64,000 nt of DNA from Muribaculaceae bacterium (GCA_017557625.1 JAFYYG010000031.1:1547-65546), one strand, 5' to 3'. Shown: positions 29,403-40,239, counted from the first letter of the stretch. Numbers and translations: made by a program. Notes: a model not told the origin generated them from the letters alone.

Positions 29403-30398
29403 ATGAAGCCGTTACTTTTAGATTCGTCCTTCCCAAAACTGGTTAACGACATCACCGTTGCCAAGGCTCAAATCGACCAGCTCAACAAGATGCCCGATTT
29501 TGAGTCGATGAGCCGCGAGAAGATGCTGGAAGTGAGGCTGTGGTATGTGTTTTATCTAATCACCAACGACCGCAGCAACGATGCCGCACCCCTCATCGAC
29601 ACCCTGGTCTTTGACGAGAGCTACAGCGATCTGCCACGCCTATATGTGAGCTGGCTGTGGCTAGCGAGGATGACAATCTTCATCTCCAACAGCGACTACA
29701 TGCTTGCACTTGGCGCCGCCGAGAATGCTCTTATGCAGATGGCCGAAATCACTAATAAGAAGAAGGAGGACTTCTTAGCGATTCTCGCCTCGCTGCTCTA
29801 CAACCTCGCCTCGGTACACAACAGCATTGGCGACGGGGCAAGAGCCAAGAAGGAGCTCACTAAGTGCCAGAAACTCTTTGAGAGACTGGTGAAGAAAAAC
29901 GAGCGACGCTTCTCGCCCATGCTGCTCTATGCCATCGAGGCCTCGACAAGCATCATCACTTCCAAGACTCAGCAAATGAACGTGCTCAAGCACTACGACG
30001 ACGAGGTGAAGCTCTACACTGGCATGCTCAACAACGGCGACAGCAAGAAGACGCGCGAGGCTCTCATCAATCTCGTCAACTCCCTCAAGAAGGAAGGCGA
30101 CATCATGCTGGAGATGGGCAACGGACGCAATGCGGCAAAATACTACACCAAGGCCCTGCGCTATCAGAAGAAGGTGAGCAACCACATGGGACATAAGGAA
30201 CTTGTGCTATCCATTGGTCTCGCCAAGGCTCTCAACAAGGTGGCTAACCGCCGCGAGAGTGCTGAGCAGCTGCTGCTGTCGTTGCAGCCTCTCGCCAAGC
30301 GCCTCAACGCCACCAACGAACTGATAGAAATCGAAAACCTCCTCAACAACAAAAACAAGAACACCAACATAATGACACTGCTCAAGAGCATCTTTTAG
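29403..30398 (+). CDS. TPR-like helical repeat protein
   Basis: LASLLYNLASVH, GNGRNAAKYYTKAL. Confidence 0.7.
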   Translation: MKPLLLDSSFPKLVNDITVAKAQIDQLNKMPDFESMSREKMLEVRLWYVFYLITNDRSNDAAPLIDTLVFDESYSDLPRLYVSWLWLARMTIFISNSDYMLALGAAENALMQMAEITNKKKEDFLAILASLLYNLASVHNSIGDGARAKKELTKCQKLFERLVKKNERRFSPMLLYAIEASTSIITSKTQQMNVLKHYDDEVKLYTGMLNNGDSKKTREALINLVNSLKKEGDIMLEMGNGRNAAKYYTKALRYQKKVSNHMGHKELVLSIGLAKALNKVANRRESAEQLLLSLQPLAKRLNATNELIEIENLLNNKNKNTNIMTLLKSIF

Positions 30399-30467
30399 TG
30401 CCTACGGCACGAGGAACGTGGAAAGTGGAACGGAAATCGGTTTTTATCTCTTTCTAATATAAAGATT

Positions 30468-30953
30468 ATGTCAACTGAACTACATAACAGCATTTCGATA
30501 AAGCTTCCCCATGTTGATGGGCTCAAGGTGGGCATTGTGGCGGCAAGATGGAACAGCCAAGTTACCGAACCACTGCTTAACGGAGCTATCGACCGAATCG
30601 TGGAGGAGGGTTACAGCCGCGACGACATCTACGTGCAGCGAGTGCCAGGCACTGTGGAACTCACCTTTGCCGCGGCGCAGATGGCGAAGAGCGGCAACTT
30701 CGACGCCATTATAATGATAGGCTGTGTGATACGTGGCGGCACCCCGCATTTCGACTATGTGTGCGACAACGCCACTCAGGGCTGCGCCATTCTCAACGCC
30801 ACGCAAAATGTGCCTATTATCTTCTGTGTGCTCACCACCGACGATGAGCAGCAGGCCCTCGACCGTGCCTGCGGCGCCTTGTGCAACAAGGGCACCGAAG
30901 CCGCCGAAGCCGCCATCGAGATGGCGGCGATAGCGCGCCAATATAAAAAATAA
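30468..30953 (+). CDS. ribH: 6,7-dimethyl-8-ribityllumazine synthase
   Basis: GIVAARWN, VPGTVEL, GCVIRGGTPHFDYV, NKGTEAA. Confidence 0.96.
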   Translation: MSTELHNSISIKLPHVDGLKVGIVAARWNSQVTEPLLNGAIDRIVEEGYSRDDIYVQRVPGTVELTFAAAQMAKSGNFDAIIMIGCVIRGGTPHFDYVCDNATQGCAILNATQNVPIIFCVLTTDDEQQALDRACGALCNKGTEAAEAAIEMAAIARQYKK

Positions 30954-30984
30954 AATTAATTTAATCTTTTAAAACTTTAGTTAT

Positions 30985-31410
30985 ATGAGACGTTTTTTGA
31001 AAATCAGTTTGCCGATTATTTTGTTGGCAATTATGGTAGGCACATCATTTGATGCACAAGCCAAGCCCAAGAAAAAGACTCGCACTGTTTATTACATTGT
31101 TTGTGGTAGCCATTCCTCTCTTGACAAGGCCATCAAGCAGTCGGAGCAAATGAGCGAGGTGATGTTCTATCCGGTTTACAAAGCCACAGCCAACGGCAAG
31201 ACCGTATATCGCTTGTGCTGTCAGTGTTATTACAGCAAGGCCGATGCCGAGAAAGACCTGAAAGGCTTCCTCAGCGCTTTTAAAGGTGACGACTGGTGGA
31301 TTTGGTCTTCAAAAGGACTTGCCAAGTGTGTATATCGTCCTCTGTCACCAAAAGGCGATGGCGAGCGCATTCCCGCGCTGCAGCCATTGTCAAAGCCAAT
31401 AACTGAATAA
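30985..31410 (+). CDS. Small secreted SPOR-like protein, copy 1
   Basis: Signal peptide; YYIVCGSHSSLDKA...YRLCCQCYYSKADA; paralogue at 34977-35408. Confidence 0.75.
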   Translation: MRRFLKISLPIILLAIMVGTSFDAQAKPKKKTRTVYYIVCGSHSSLDKAIKQSEQMSEVMFYPVYKATANGKTVYRLCCQCYYSKADAEKDLKGFLSAFKGDDWWIWSSKGLAKCVYRPLSPKGDGERIPALQPLSKPITE

Positions 31411-31413
31411 GTT

Positions 31414-32529
31414 ATGAAGAAATATATTTTATTATTGGTGGCTGTTTTTATGGCTACTGCTGCTTCGTCGCAAGACGATTGGCGCAAAGTGGTGGGACTG
31501 CCCGACGGTTGCACCAATCCTGTGTTCACAAAACCCGACAACATGAATCCTGCCGGGCGCGTCATGGGCGCTGGTATCTGCATGAACGACGGCGAGGCCT
31601 ACACCACACGTTCAATAGGCTTCAGCAGCGATTGGCACTACGAGCCCAAGTTGCGATTGTGTGAGCAGGAGCAGGCTGTCATTTCACGCGTGATGGGGCT
31701 CTATGAAGGGACAGAAATCTATGAATCTCAAATGCCTCTCAAGTTCAATGTCAAGGTGCATCACGGCTGTGGCGCAGTGGTGGTTTACCGCGCTTTCGAT
31801 AATTACCGATATACCAATGTCCGTAGCGACAACTTGGAGCAGTTCATCGCGGTGTATGATGACAAAGGCAACCTCACCGACGCCATGATGATGGGATATG
31901 TTGACGACATTCGCGACATCTTGCTCGTGGAACCTCACAAAGACTATAAGGTTCCCGAGAATATGGGAAATCATAGCTTGGAGTTTGACGAAACCGGCGA
32001 GCACTTCACCATTCACCGCTATTTCTATTTAAAGGATGAAGCCGAAGGTCTGCCCGACAAGGTGGAGATGAAACGTTATTACTCAATTACCCCTGACGGT
32101 AAGATTCGTCTCGATAAAGTCACTAACGGTAGTGAGGATTATAAAGACGACACAGTACTCAAACCGGGAGGATATATAAGTGAAGTCGCCAACCCCGATG
32201 CTGTGGAGATGATGGAAATGATGCTCACTCCCATGTGCGACCCGCAGCTGTTGCCACGTCTCGACAAGGTTTTTGCCAAGTTTAAAGACGACAAGACGGT
32301 GGGCGAACGGCTGATGCACTTGGGGATGATGGTATATAACCGCAATCCAAAAGCATTCCTGAGTTACGTCTATAAAAATCGCGCCAAGACATCTCTTGTG
32401 ACACTTCTTAAGCGCGCCAAGGCATATCAAGGTTCAGGTAAAGAATATGATGAATGCCTTGACATGACAATCGCAAAATACTCCCCTAGCACCAAAGCCC
32501 AAAAATGGCTTAAAGGCAAAATCAGGTAA
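31414..32529 (+). CDS. Hypothetical secreted protein
   Basis: 371-aa ORF with signal peptide. Confidence 0.78.
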   Translation: MKKYILLLVAVFMATAASSQDDWRKVVGLPDGCTNPVFTKPDNMNPAGRVMGAGICMNDGEAYTTRSIGFSSDWHYEPKLRLCEQEQAVISRVMGLYEGTEIYESQMPLKFNVKVHHGCGAVVVYRAFDNYRYTNVRSDNLEQFIAVYDDKGNLTDAMMMGYVDDIRDILLVEPHKDYKVPENMGNHSLEFDETGEHFTIHRYFYLKDEAEGLPDKVEMKRYYSITPDGKIRLDKVTNGSEDYKDDTVLKPGGYISEVANPDAVEMMEMMLTPMCDPQLLPRLDKVFAKFKDDKTVGERLMHLGMMVYNRNPKAFLSYVYKNRAKTSLVTLLKRAKAYQGSGKEYDECLDMTIAKYSPSTKAQKWLKGKIR

Positions 32530-32551
32530 CTTAAACAAAAATGATACTATT

Positions 32552-34873
32552 ATGAAAAAATCATTACTACTCTCATTATTTGCGCTGGTGGCAGCGATGG
32601 CAGTAGCGGCGACCTATCCGGCGAGCTACTACACTATCGCTCCTGAGACGGCTACTCTCGTTGGTGACGTGAACTGCGACCAAGCGGTGACCGCAAGCGA
32701 CGTTACGGAGCTTTACAACTACCTGCTCACCGGCAGCACCACCTATCTTAGCTCGAGCGACGTTAATGGTGACGGCAATGTGACAGCTTCCGACGTGACA
32801 GCGGTATATGACGTGCTGCTCGGTGTTGGTGGCAGCGCAACTCCCGCCACTTTAATCAAGATGAACGACTACATCAGTGCTACCTCATCGGGTGCGCAAC
32901 CTCAGCATGTTTGGAAAAACACTGAAGATGTCATATACATCACGCTCGACGGTGTGGAAGAGAACATGTATGTGCTAGTGCGTAGCGGTGGCAAGTGGAC
33001 ACTCAAGGACATCACCGGCAGCAACAAGGCAGGTTTCAAGTCCAGTGGAACAATCAAGGCCATGTGGGTGCGTAACGCCAACTGGTCAACCGATGAAGTG
33101 GGCGATCTCAACATCCCGCAAGACTGCGCCTTCGGTTCCGGCACATACACCTGCAGTGGCAAAACAGTGGGCATCAACTTGCCTCTTGAGCTATATGAGA
33201 GCAAAATCATCCTTGGTGGAACCAATGTCAACACATCCACTGGCATGACTTATTGCCGACACATAACAAGCCTGCAAGACATCAACAGATTCATCAATGG
33301 CGATAGTTGGGAGAACGAAGATGCCACCGTCACACCTAAGGCTCAACTGATTAACGGTCAATATGTGATTTATGCGCGTCACACCGATGTCAACAGCTCG
33401 GGGAATACCGTATTCCATGTAACGCTGCCCGACTCCCGCAGCTTTAGGTATACCGCCAACTTTGAGTTTAAGCCAGGACAAGTCTACACCCTTATGAATC
33501 CCGGCCCTGGTACGGGATGGACACGCGACTTTGTGATTGGATATTACAATTCGGCTTATGACCCCAATAGCAGTTTCTTAACACTTAACGATAACGGATA
33601 TACCAATGAAGTGACAATTCCTGTGGGATACGAATTGAATCTCGTGCCTAGGGAGGGCGGAGCCACGGTATATGACGGAACTGTCCAAAACCTTATAGTT
33701 ACCAACACCACATGCGTCACTACCTACAACAGTTCCTTTGCAACTCCCACACTCATTGCCCAAGAAGTAGGTTATTCGTATGTATATTTCAAATACACAA
33801 CCACCTATGGAGATTCTTACACCTACGCTATCAAAGTCACCGTAAATCCCTCTCTGTGGCTTTATGGATATACTAAAAATAATAGTAACAAAATGGTGCC
33901 TACCATCTACTATAACATGAAAGGCACTTCGGCTCCTAAAATCACCGATGACACAGGCAACCAAGAAGTGTCGGGATTCTCAATGAGCAAGGGTCATGCC
34001 GCAGCTATCGTCTGGAGTTCAAGCACTTGCAAACTGTTCAAGAATTCTAACTCACCCTATTATTACGGAAGCTATACTGAGAAATACGACATTGGGGCCC
34101 TCACTCAACTATGGGCGTATATGGATCATGAAGAGAACATATATTACCAAAAGAAGTCGGGAGATTATTATTATGTTATGAAGAATAACTTAGTAATGCA
34201 ATCAAAAGATCGCCCGTTTAGCGATTTCAAAGTTGATTACACCACTGGCAATATCGCTTGCTTGAACACTACTAGCACTAGTTCCGAGCTCTATATCTTG
34301 GGAATAGGCTTAGTGAGAAGTGATTATGGCCATGACAACTTGCATTGGGGACCAAATGGCACCAGTACAGGCGAAAGGGTTACTTATACTTATAATTATG
34401 CCTTCAGCAACGACCGCCTGATCCTTCGGGTACACCGTCAAAGAACCCAATTCGGGCAAAACGACAATGAGATGATATATACCAACAACTACTATGTCTA
34501 CACCTACAACTCCCAAGGTCAGCAATTGTCATCGCCCACCTTCGACCCGAATGATTTAGATAATTCAAGTTCGTTATTCTATGACGGCAACACGTTATTC
34601 TATGTCTCTAATAGCACGCAAGGGAAGTTCACTACTATCGTGGGAGATAACGTCAGCACTATAACTACCAACAAAAAGAATATCTATAAAATTGGCTACA
34701 GGAACGGATATGTCTATGGCTTGCGCTGTGTGAAAGAGTCGGGTAAATATATTTACTACTTCTTCTTTGGCTCTCTCAATCAAGTACTAAACAATACTTG
34801 CACCGAGATAAACCTGGGAGAATATCCTAACTTTACCCTTGAAGGCATGTTCTTCGAGACTTCTAAGAATTGA
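32552..34873 (+). CDS. Secreted protein with N-terminal type I dockerin-like domain
   Basis: GDVNCDQAVTASDVTELYNYLL ... DVNGDGNVTASDVTAVYDVLLG duplicated Ca-loop/helix. Confidence 0.85.
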   Translation: MKKSLLLSLFALVAAMAVAATYPASYYTIAPETATLVGDVNCDQAVTASDVTELYNYLLTGSTTYLSSSDVNGDGNVTASDVTAVYDVLLGVGGSATPATLIKMNDYISATSSGAQPQHVWKNTEDVIYITLDGVEENMYVLVRSGGKWTLKDITGSNKAGFKSSGTIKAMWVRNANWSTDEVGDLNIPQDCAFGSGTYTCSGKTVGINLPLELYESKIILGGTNVNTSTGMTYCRHITSLQDINRFINGDSWENEDATVTPKAQLINGQYVIYARHTDVNSSGNTVFHVTLPDSRSFRYTANFEFKPGQVYTLMNPGPGTGWTRDFVIGYYNSAYDPNSSFLTLNDNGYTNEVTIPVGYELNLVPREGGATVYDGTVQNLIVTNTTCVTTYNSSFATPTLIAQEVGYSYVYFKYTTTYGDSYTYAIKVTVNPSLWLYGYTKNNSNKMVPTIYYNMKGTSAPKITDDTGNQEVSGFSMSKGHAAAIVWSSSTCKLFKNSNSPYYYGSYTEKYDIGALTQLWAYMDHEENIYYQKKSGDYYYVMKNNLVMQSKDRPFSDFKVDYTTGNIACLNTTSTSSELYILGIGLVRSDYGHDNLHWGPNGTSTGERVTYTYNYAFSNDRLILRVHRQRTQFGQNDNEMIYTNNYYVYTYNSQGQQLSSPTFDPNDLDNSSSLFYDGNTLFYVSNSTQGKFTTIVGDNVSTITTNKKNIYKIGYRNGYVYGLRCVKESGKYIYYFFFGSLNQVLNNTCTEINLGEYPNFTLEGMFFETSKN

Positions 34874-34976
34874 TAGATGTTGCTGCACAGCATGAGATTG
34901 TCGTGGTGGTGATGGTGACAGTCCCCGCCAATATAAGAGATAACATTATTTTAATCATTAAATCATTATTATTATT

Positions 34977-35408
34977 ATGAGACGTTTTATAAAATTCAGT
35001 TTACCACTATTGTTGCTTGCATTGATGGCATTTAGCGCTACAGATGCACAAGCAAAGACCAAACCCAGGAAACAGATACGCACAGTCTATTACATCGTGT
35101 GCGGCAGTTATTCCTCTCTAGACCAGGCTATCGAGCAATCAGAACAGATGAGTGAGGTGATGTTCTATCCAGTGTATAAGACCACAGTGAAGGGCAAAAC
35201 CGTTTATCGCCTGTGCTGCCAGTGCTATTACAGCAAGGCACATGCCGAGAAAGACTTGAAAGGCTTCCTCAGTGGTTTTAAAAGCGATGACTGGTGGATT
35301 TGGCAATCAAAAGGATTTGCCAATTGTGTCTATCGTCCTCTCTCGCCAAAAGGCGATGGCGAGCGCATCCCTGAATTGAGACCGCTGACAAAACCTCTTA
35401 CCGAATAA
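34977..35408 (+). CDS. Small secreted SPOR-like protein, copy 2
   Basis: Mature part nearly identical to 30985-31410. Confidence 0.75.
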   Translation: MRRFIKFSLPLLLLALMAFSATDAQAKTKPRKQIRTVYYIVCGSYSSLDQAIEQSEQMSEVMFYPVYKTTVKGKTVYRLCCQCYYSKAHAEKDLKGFLSGFKSDDWWIWQSKGFANCVYRPLSPKGDGERIPELRPLTKPLTE

Positions 35409-35474
35409 TATGAGGAAATTCATTTTATTATAGGTAGATGTTATTTTGCTTGTCAACTCGTTTGCTATAAACCA

Positions 35475-36791
35475 ATGAACATTCAAGAACTATACGCTTT
35501 TTATCAGCAGCATCCGGTAGTTACTACCGACAGTCGTGATTGCCCTGAGGGCAGCATCTTTATCGCTCTCAAGGGCGAGTCGTTTGATGGAAACAAGTTT
35601 GCCGTGCAGGCACTGGAGAAGGGTAGTGCCCTGGCGGTGGTTGACGACGAACAGGTATATGACGAGTTCATGGCCATGCCTCTCGAGGGCAAGCGCATGG
35701 TGCTGGTGCCCGACTCGCTGCAGGCGTTTAAGGACTTGGCGCGTGAGCATCGCCGCCAGTTCACGATTCCCATTGTGGGCATCACCGGCACCAACGGCAA
35801 GACCACGACTAAGGAACTGGTGCGCATCGTGCTCGCCCAGAAGTTCAACGTAATGGCGACCGAGGGCAACTTCAACAACGATGTGGGCGTGCCTAAGACG
35901 CTGCTGCGCCTCTCGCCCGAGCACGAGATTGCCGTGGTGGAGATGGGCGCCAGCCATCCCGGTGACATCAAGACTCTTGTAGAGACCGCCGAGCCTACCT
36001 GCGGACTTATCACAAACGTAGGCAAAGCCCACTTGCAGGGTTTCGGCTCGCTCGAGGGGGTGATAAAGACCAAAGGCGAACTCTATGACAACCTCGCCAC
36101 CCGCGACGGCAGCGTAATATTTGTCAATGCCGACAACAAATACCTCATGGGTATCCTGCCGCAGGGCGTGAAGGCCGAGAAATATTCTCAGCATCAGGAT
36201 GCTGATGTGCTGGGCGAGATAGTGGCTTGCGACCCGTTCTTGCGCTTGCGTTGGAAGAGCGAAGGCGGCGAATGGCACGAGGTGGCTACCCACCTCATTG
36301 GCAGCTACAACCTTGACAATGTGCTCGTAGCGGTGACCGTGGGACTGCATTTCGGAGTTGACCCCAGCGCCATCAACGTGGCAATCGCGGGATATGTGCC
36401 GTCGAACAACCGTTCGCAGCTCACCGAGACGGGCCGCAACCACCTTATTGTGGATGCCTACAACGCCAACCCCACCTCGATGGCGGCGGCAATCGACAAC
36501 TTCTCGCTGATGCAGGTAAGTCCCAAGATGGCGATTCTGGGCGATATGCGCGAATTGGGCGACAGCAGCCATCAGGAGCACGTTGCTGTGGTTGAGAAAC
36601 TCAAGCAGTGCTCGTTTGACGAGGTGTGGCTTGTGGGAAGCGAATTTGACGCAGTGGATTGCGACTATCGCAAGTTTGCCGATGTAGAAGCCGTCAAAGC
36701 CGCCCTCACCGCTGAGCCCGTAAGCGGGCGCTTCATCCTCATCAAAGGCTCCAACGGCATCAAGCTCTTCCAGCTGCCCCAGTTGCTGTGA
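35475..36791 (+). CDS. murF: UDP-N-acetylmuramoyl-tripeptide--D-alanyl-D-alanine ligase
   Basis: TDSR, GITGTNGKTTTKE, GNFNNDVGVP, EMGASH, DAYNANPTSM, LGDMRELG, IKGS. Confidence 0.96.
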   Translation: MNIQELYAFYQQHPVVTTDSRDCPEGSIFIALKGESFDGNKFAVQALEKGSALAVVDDEQVYDEFMAMPLEGKRMVLVPDSLQAFKDLAREHRRQFTIPIVGITGTNGKTTTKELVRIVLAQKFNVMATEGNFNNDVGVPKTLLRLSPEHEIAVVEMGASHPGDIKTLVETAEPTCGLITNVGKAHLQGFGSLEGVIKTKGELYDNLATRDGSVIFVNADNKYLMGILPQGVKAEKYSQHQDADVLGEIVACDPFLRLRWKSEGGEWHEVATHLIGSYNLDNVLVAVTVGLHFGVDPSAINVAIAGYVPSNNRSQLTETGRNHLIVDAYNANPTSMAAAIDNFSLMQVSPKMAILGDMRELGDSSHQEHVAVVEKLKQCSFDEVWLVGSEFDAVDCDYRKFADVEAVKAALTAEPVSGRFILIKGSNGIKLFQLPQLL

Positions 36792-36824
36792 TTGGAACTT
36801 TATTGGTTTGTTAGGGTGTAGTGG

Positions 36825-38198
36825 TTATTGTTTAGTGGGTTGGATAGAGGCTGCAAGGCTATTGATGCGTCGGAACTCGGGTATGAGCAGCATAAGGCCG
36901 ATGAGTGCCGCTATAGTGTCGCTGATGGGGAATGACATCCACACTCCGTCGAGCTTGTAAAGCGGCGGCATAATAAACAACAGTGGCAACAGGCATATTA
37001 CTTGTCGCGACAGGCTCATGAATATCGACTTCTTGGCACTACCTAATGACTGGAAGAAATTGGTGGTCACAATTTGGAAGGCTGCAATCCAGAACACGCA
37101 GTTGGCTATGGGCATGCCGTGCTTGCAAGCGGTGATAAGGTCGCTGTCGGTGGTGAAGATCATAGCCACATATTTTGGGCAGAAAACGCTGGCGATAGTG
37201 CCCAGCAGACATGCGGCAGTGCCTACTGCAAGAGTTAGCCAGTAGGCGCGCTTTAGGCGGTCGTAGCGCTTGGCTCCGTAGTTAAAGCCCACGATGGGCT
37301 GCATTCCCATACACACTCCTAGCACAAACATTATCGCGAGCTGCGAGAATGTCATGAACACGCCCATCGCCGCCACACTGGGGTCACCGCCATGTTCATA
37401 CACAATGTTGTTGAGTAGCGCGTTGATAATACATCCGGCAGTATTGACGATGCATGGCGCGGCACCCACCGCAAGGATAGGCAAGAGTATGCTTGAGTCA
37501 AGACGGTAGATGCCTCGGCAGTAGTGTATCGTGCTTTTCTTGTTGAGGAAGTGTCGCTGCACATACATCATAGATATGAACATTGAGATGTCGGTAGCTA
37601 TGGCGGCACCCTTGATGCCCCACTTGAGGCCAAAGATGAAGATAGGAGCAAGAATCACGTTCATGCCCGCGCCAATGAAGTTGGCAAGCATCGCCTTTTT
37701 GGGATAGCCCGTGGCGCGCATGATGTTGCTGAACGAGAAAGTGAGGTTGTTGATGAGCAGCCCCGGCAGCATATATAGCATGAAGTCGCGGGCGTAGGGC
37801 AGCGATTTCGTGCTTGCTCCAAACCAGATGAGTACTTTGTCGATGAAGACGGCGAGCATCAGCAGGTAGAAGACACCCAGCGCAAGTGTCATCACCAGGC
37901 TGTTGCCAAGTATGAGCTCGGCAGTGCGCTTCCTGCCCTGTCCCAGCACTATCGACGTGCGCGCTCCCGCACCACCGCCAATCAACACGCCAAACGCCGC
38001 CGAGATGTTCATCACCGGAAAGGTGATGGCCAAACCTGCAATGGCGTCGGGGCCCACGCCCTGACCAATGAACATGCGGTCGATGATGTTGTAGAGTGAC
38101 ATCACCACCATGCCAACAACCGATGGCAAGCTGTATTTCAGCAACAGCTTGCCTATTGGGGCTTTATCAAGTTCATTGAGGTTGTTGTCGGAATGCAC
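36825..38198 (-). CDS. MATE-family efflux transporter
   Basis: LYNIIDRMFIG, GIKGAAIATD, MQPIVGFNYGAKRYDR; about 12 TM segments. Confidence 0.93.
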   Translation of the reverse strand: MHSDNNLNELDKAPIGKLLLKYSLPSVVGMVVMSLYNIIDRMFIGQGVGPDAIAGLAITFPVMNISAAFGVLIGGGAGARTSIVLGQGRKRTAELILGNSLVMTLALGVFYLLMLAVFIDKVLIWFGASTKSLPYARDFMLYMLPGLLINNLTFSFSNIMRATGYPKKAMLANFIGAGMNVILAPIFIFGLKWGIKGAAIATDISMFISMMYVQRHFLNKKSTIHYCRGIYRLDSSILLPILAVGAAPCIVNTAGCIINALLNNIVYEHGGDPSVAAMGVFMTFSQLAIMFVLGVCMGMQPIVGFNYGAKRYDRLKRAYWLTLAVGTAACLLGTIASVFCPKYVAMIFTTDSDLITACKHGMPIANCVFWIAAFQIVTTNFFQSLGSAKKSIFMSLSRQVICLLPLLFIMPPLYKLDGVWMSFPISDTIAALIGLMLLIPEFRRINSLAASIQPTKQ

Positions 38199-38257
38199 GA
38201 TTCTTAAGTTTTGAATTTTAGTAGGGACGAGGCTTGCCTCGTCCGTTTTTCATTCTT

Positions 38258-38320
38258 CGTTCCACTTTCCACCTTCCACGTTCCACCTTCCACGTTTTTC
38301 GTTCCACCTTCCACGTTCAA
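38258..38320. repeat. Heptamer tandem repeat TTCCAC(C/G/T) next to palindrome GGACGAGGC..GCCTCGTCC
   Basis: ttccact ttccacc ttccacg ttccacc ttccacg; palindrome at 38225-38243, related copy at 60690-60710. Confidence 0.75.
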
Positions 38321-38405
38321 GTTCAGCAGACAAGCTCCCCCCTATAACAATACTATAAGGGAGAGCTGTTTTGCATTAAATATTACGCTTCTTTGGATAA
38401 GGGAA

Positions 38406-39320
38406 TTATTTTTTCTCTTTCAGCAAATCGAGCCAGGAGTTGTCTTTGCTCTTCTTGGCCTTGTTTCTGAGGGATTTCTCAGCCACCTCGGGAGCTTGAT
38501 ATTTCACGTATTCCAGCACCCACAACGCTCTGGCGTTGTCGCGTTCAAGCTCGAGTGTCGTGATGATGTCTTCCATAGCTTTGTCATATTCCTCATCATT
38601 GTAATACTCCACGGCGCGCAGGGCGTAGCACTCGGCAAAGTCTGGGTCGAGCTTGATGGCCATGGTGAAGGCCTTGATGGCGTCATCGCGCTTATCGTAA
38701 TCGCCCAGGTTAGCCAGTGAGCCGGCCACGGTGCCCAGTCCAAGATATCCTTCCACATTATTGCGGTCGTACTGCACTGCCAAGCCATAGTTTACCATAG
38801 CCAAGTCATATTCCCTCTGCATCTTATAGATGTTGCCCAGGCGCATATAGCAGTCCACGTCATCGGGCATGGCTTTCACCGCTTCGTTCAGGGCATTGAT
38901 GGCGCGCACCGTGTCGCGCTGGTGCAAATAAATCGTGGATTGTGTGTAATGCATCCAGTTGAGCATCTCGGGATCTCCGTCTTTGGCGGCGTATTTGCTG
39001 GCCTTTGCGATAGTCTTCTCAGCCTCGGCATTGCGATTGGTCTGGCACTGAATGGCTGCCAGGCAAGTCAAAGCGTATGGGTCGTTAGGGTTCTGCTTGA
39101 GATACCTGTTGATGTAGGTCAGCGCCTCATCAAATCTTTCGTGGTAACAAGCTTCTATGGCCCAGTCGTAGTCAGTCATTTGAGCGTCAGCAACTTGTTG
39201 CTGTTGTTCTTGCTGTTGCTTACTCATTGACTTGATGGTTTTCTTTTTTGTCTCGGCGCCAGCTGTAGCAAGCACGGCGACAAGCAAAATAAATAAAGCT
39301 ATTCTTTTCATGATTTCCAA
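38406..39320 (-). CDS. Secreted tetratricopeptide-repeat protein
   Basis: Signal peptide; TPRs such as AIKAFTMAIKLDPDFAECYALRA. Confidence 0.88.
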   Translation of the reverse strand: MEIMKRIALFILLVAVLATAGAETKKKTIKSMSKQQQEQQQQVADAQMTDYDWAIEACYHERFDEALTYINRYLKQNPNDPYALTCLAAIQCQTNRNAEAEKTIAKASKYAAKDGDPEMLNWMHYTQSTIYLHQRDTVRAINALNEAVKAMPDDVDCYMRLGNIYKMQREYDLAMVNYGLAVQYDRNNVEGYLGLGTVAGSLANLGDYDKRDDAIKAFTMAIKLDPDFAECYALRAVEYYNDEEYDKAMEDIITTLELERDNARALWVLEYVKYQAPEVAEKSLRNKAKKSKDNSWLDLLKEKK

Positions 39321-39637
39321 TTTTTAGAGTTATTACTGACCGCAAAGATAAACAAAATTTTTAAAGAATAAGGTATAATGGTGATTTTTTTCAATTAATC
39401 TCACTTTTGGGTAGGGTGCCTGACTCTCCTTAACCTAAATGCACAATGCGACGATAGTTTTTTAGCTCTTCTATGCAATAACAGTTTTTTGTTGGATAAA
39501 AATGTTTTATGGTTTGTTGGTGCTTATATGTTTTTTTTGTCAATAACCACAAGAAAAAGTTGTTGTATTTGTTCCTCTTTGTTGTCTTTGTTTGATGATA
39601 ATGTGGTTAGATTATGTCGCAAATAAAAAGCAAAAAT

Positions 39638-39670
39638 CAACAGCCTCGGCGCTTATTGCTGAGGCTGTTG
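39638..39670 (-). terminator. Terminator of the rubrerythrin gene
   Basis: caacagcctc...gaggctgttg with adjacent A-runs. Confidence 0.65.
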
Positions 39671-39696
39671 TAGAGTTTTTAGCTAGAGCATGAGAA

Positions 39697-40239
39697 TCAA
39701 TAGTTCTCGGCTTTGATTTGGAAGAATGCCTTTGGGTGGTTGCACACGGGGCACATCTCGGGAGCCTTCTTGCCCACCACAATGTGGCCGCAATTGCTGC
39801 AGTGCCAAATCACGTCGCCGTCGCGCGAGAACACCACTTCGTCCTCGATGTTCTTCAAGAGCTTGCGGTAGCGCTCCTCGTGCTCCTTCTCGATGGCTGC
39901 CACGCCACGCATGCGCTCGGCAATCTCGGTGAAGCCTTCCTCGTCGGCCTCTCGAGCCATGCGGTCATACATGTCGGTCCACTCGAAGTTCTCACCTTCG
40001 GCGGCTGCAAGGAGGTTGTCGGTAGTGGCCTTGATAGCTCCGCCCTCGAGGTACTTGAACCACAGCTTGGCGTGCTCTTTCTCGTTCTTTGCAGTCTCCT
40101 CAAAGATTGCAGCAATCTGCACATAGCCGTCTTTCTTAGCCTTGCTGGCGAAGTAGTCGTACTTGTTGCGAGCCATCGACTCGCCGGCAAATGCCATCTG
40201 CAAATTTTTCTCAGTCTTGGTGCCTTTTAGTTCTTTCAT
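39697..40239 (-). CDS. rbr: Rubrerythrin
   Basis: [16 protein letters not shown] twice, CSNCG and CPVCNHP rubredoxin-like site. Confidence 0.96.
   Translation of the reverse strand: MKELKGTKTEKNLQMAFAGESMARNKYDYFASKAKKDGYVQIAAIFEETAKNEKEHAKLWFKYLEGGAIKATTDNLLAAAEGENFEWTDMYDRMAREADEEGFTEIAERMRGVAAIEKEHEERYRKLLKNIEDEVVFSRDGDVIWHCSNCGHIVVGKKAPEMCPVCNHPKAFFQIKAENY

Noticed and set aside
38211-38720. 169-aa ORF with PPSTF repeats (also 12577-12816 and 57876-58187)
   Set aside because: Translations of intergenic tandem repeats or antisense overlap
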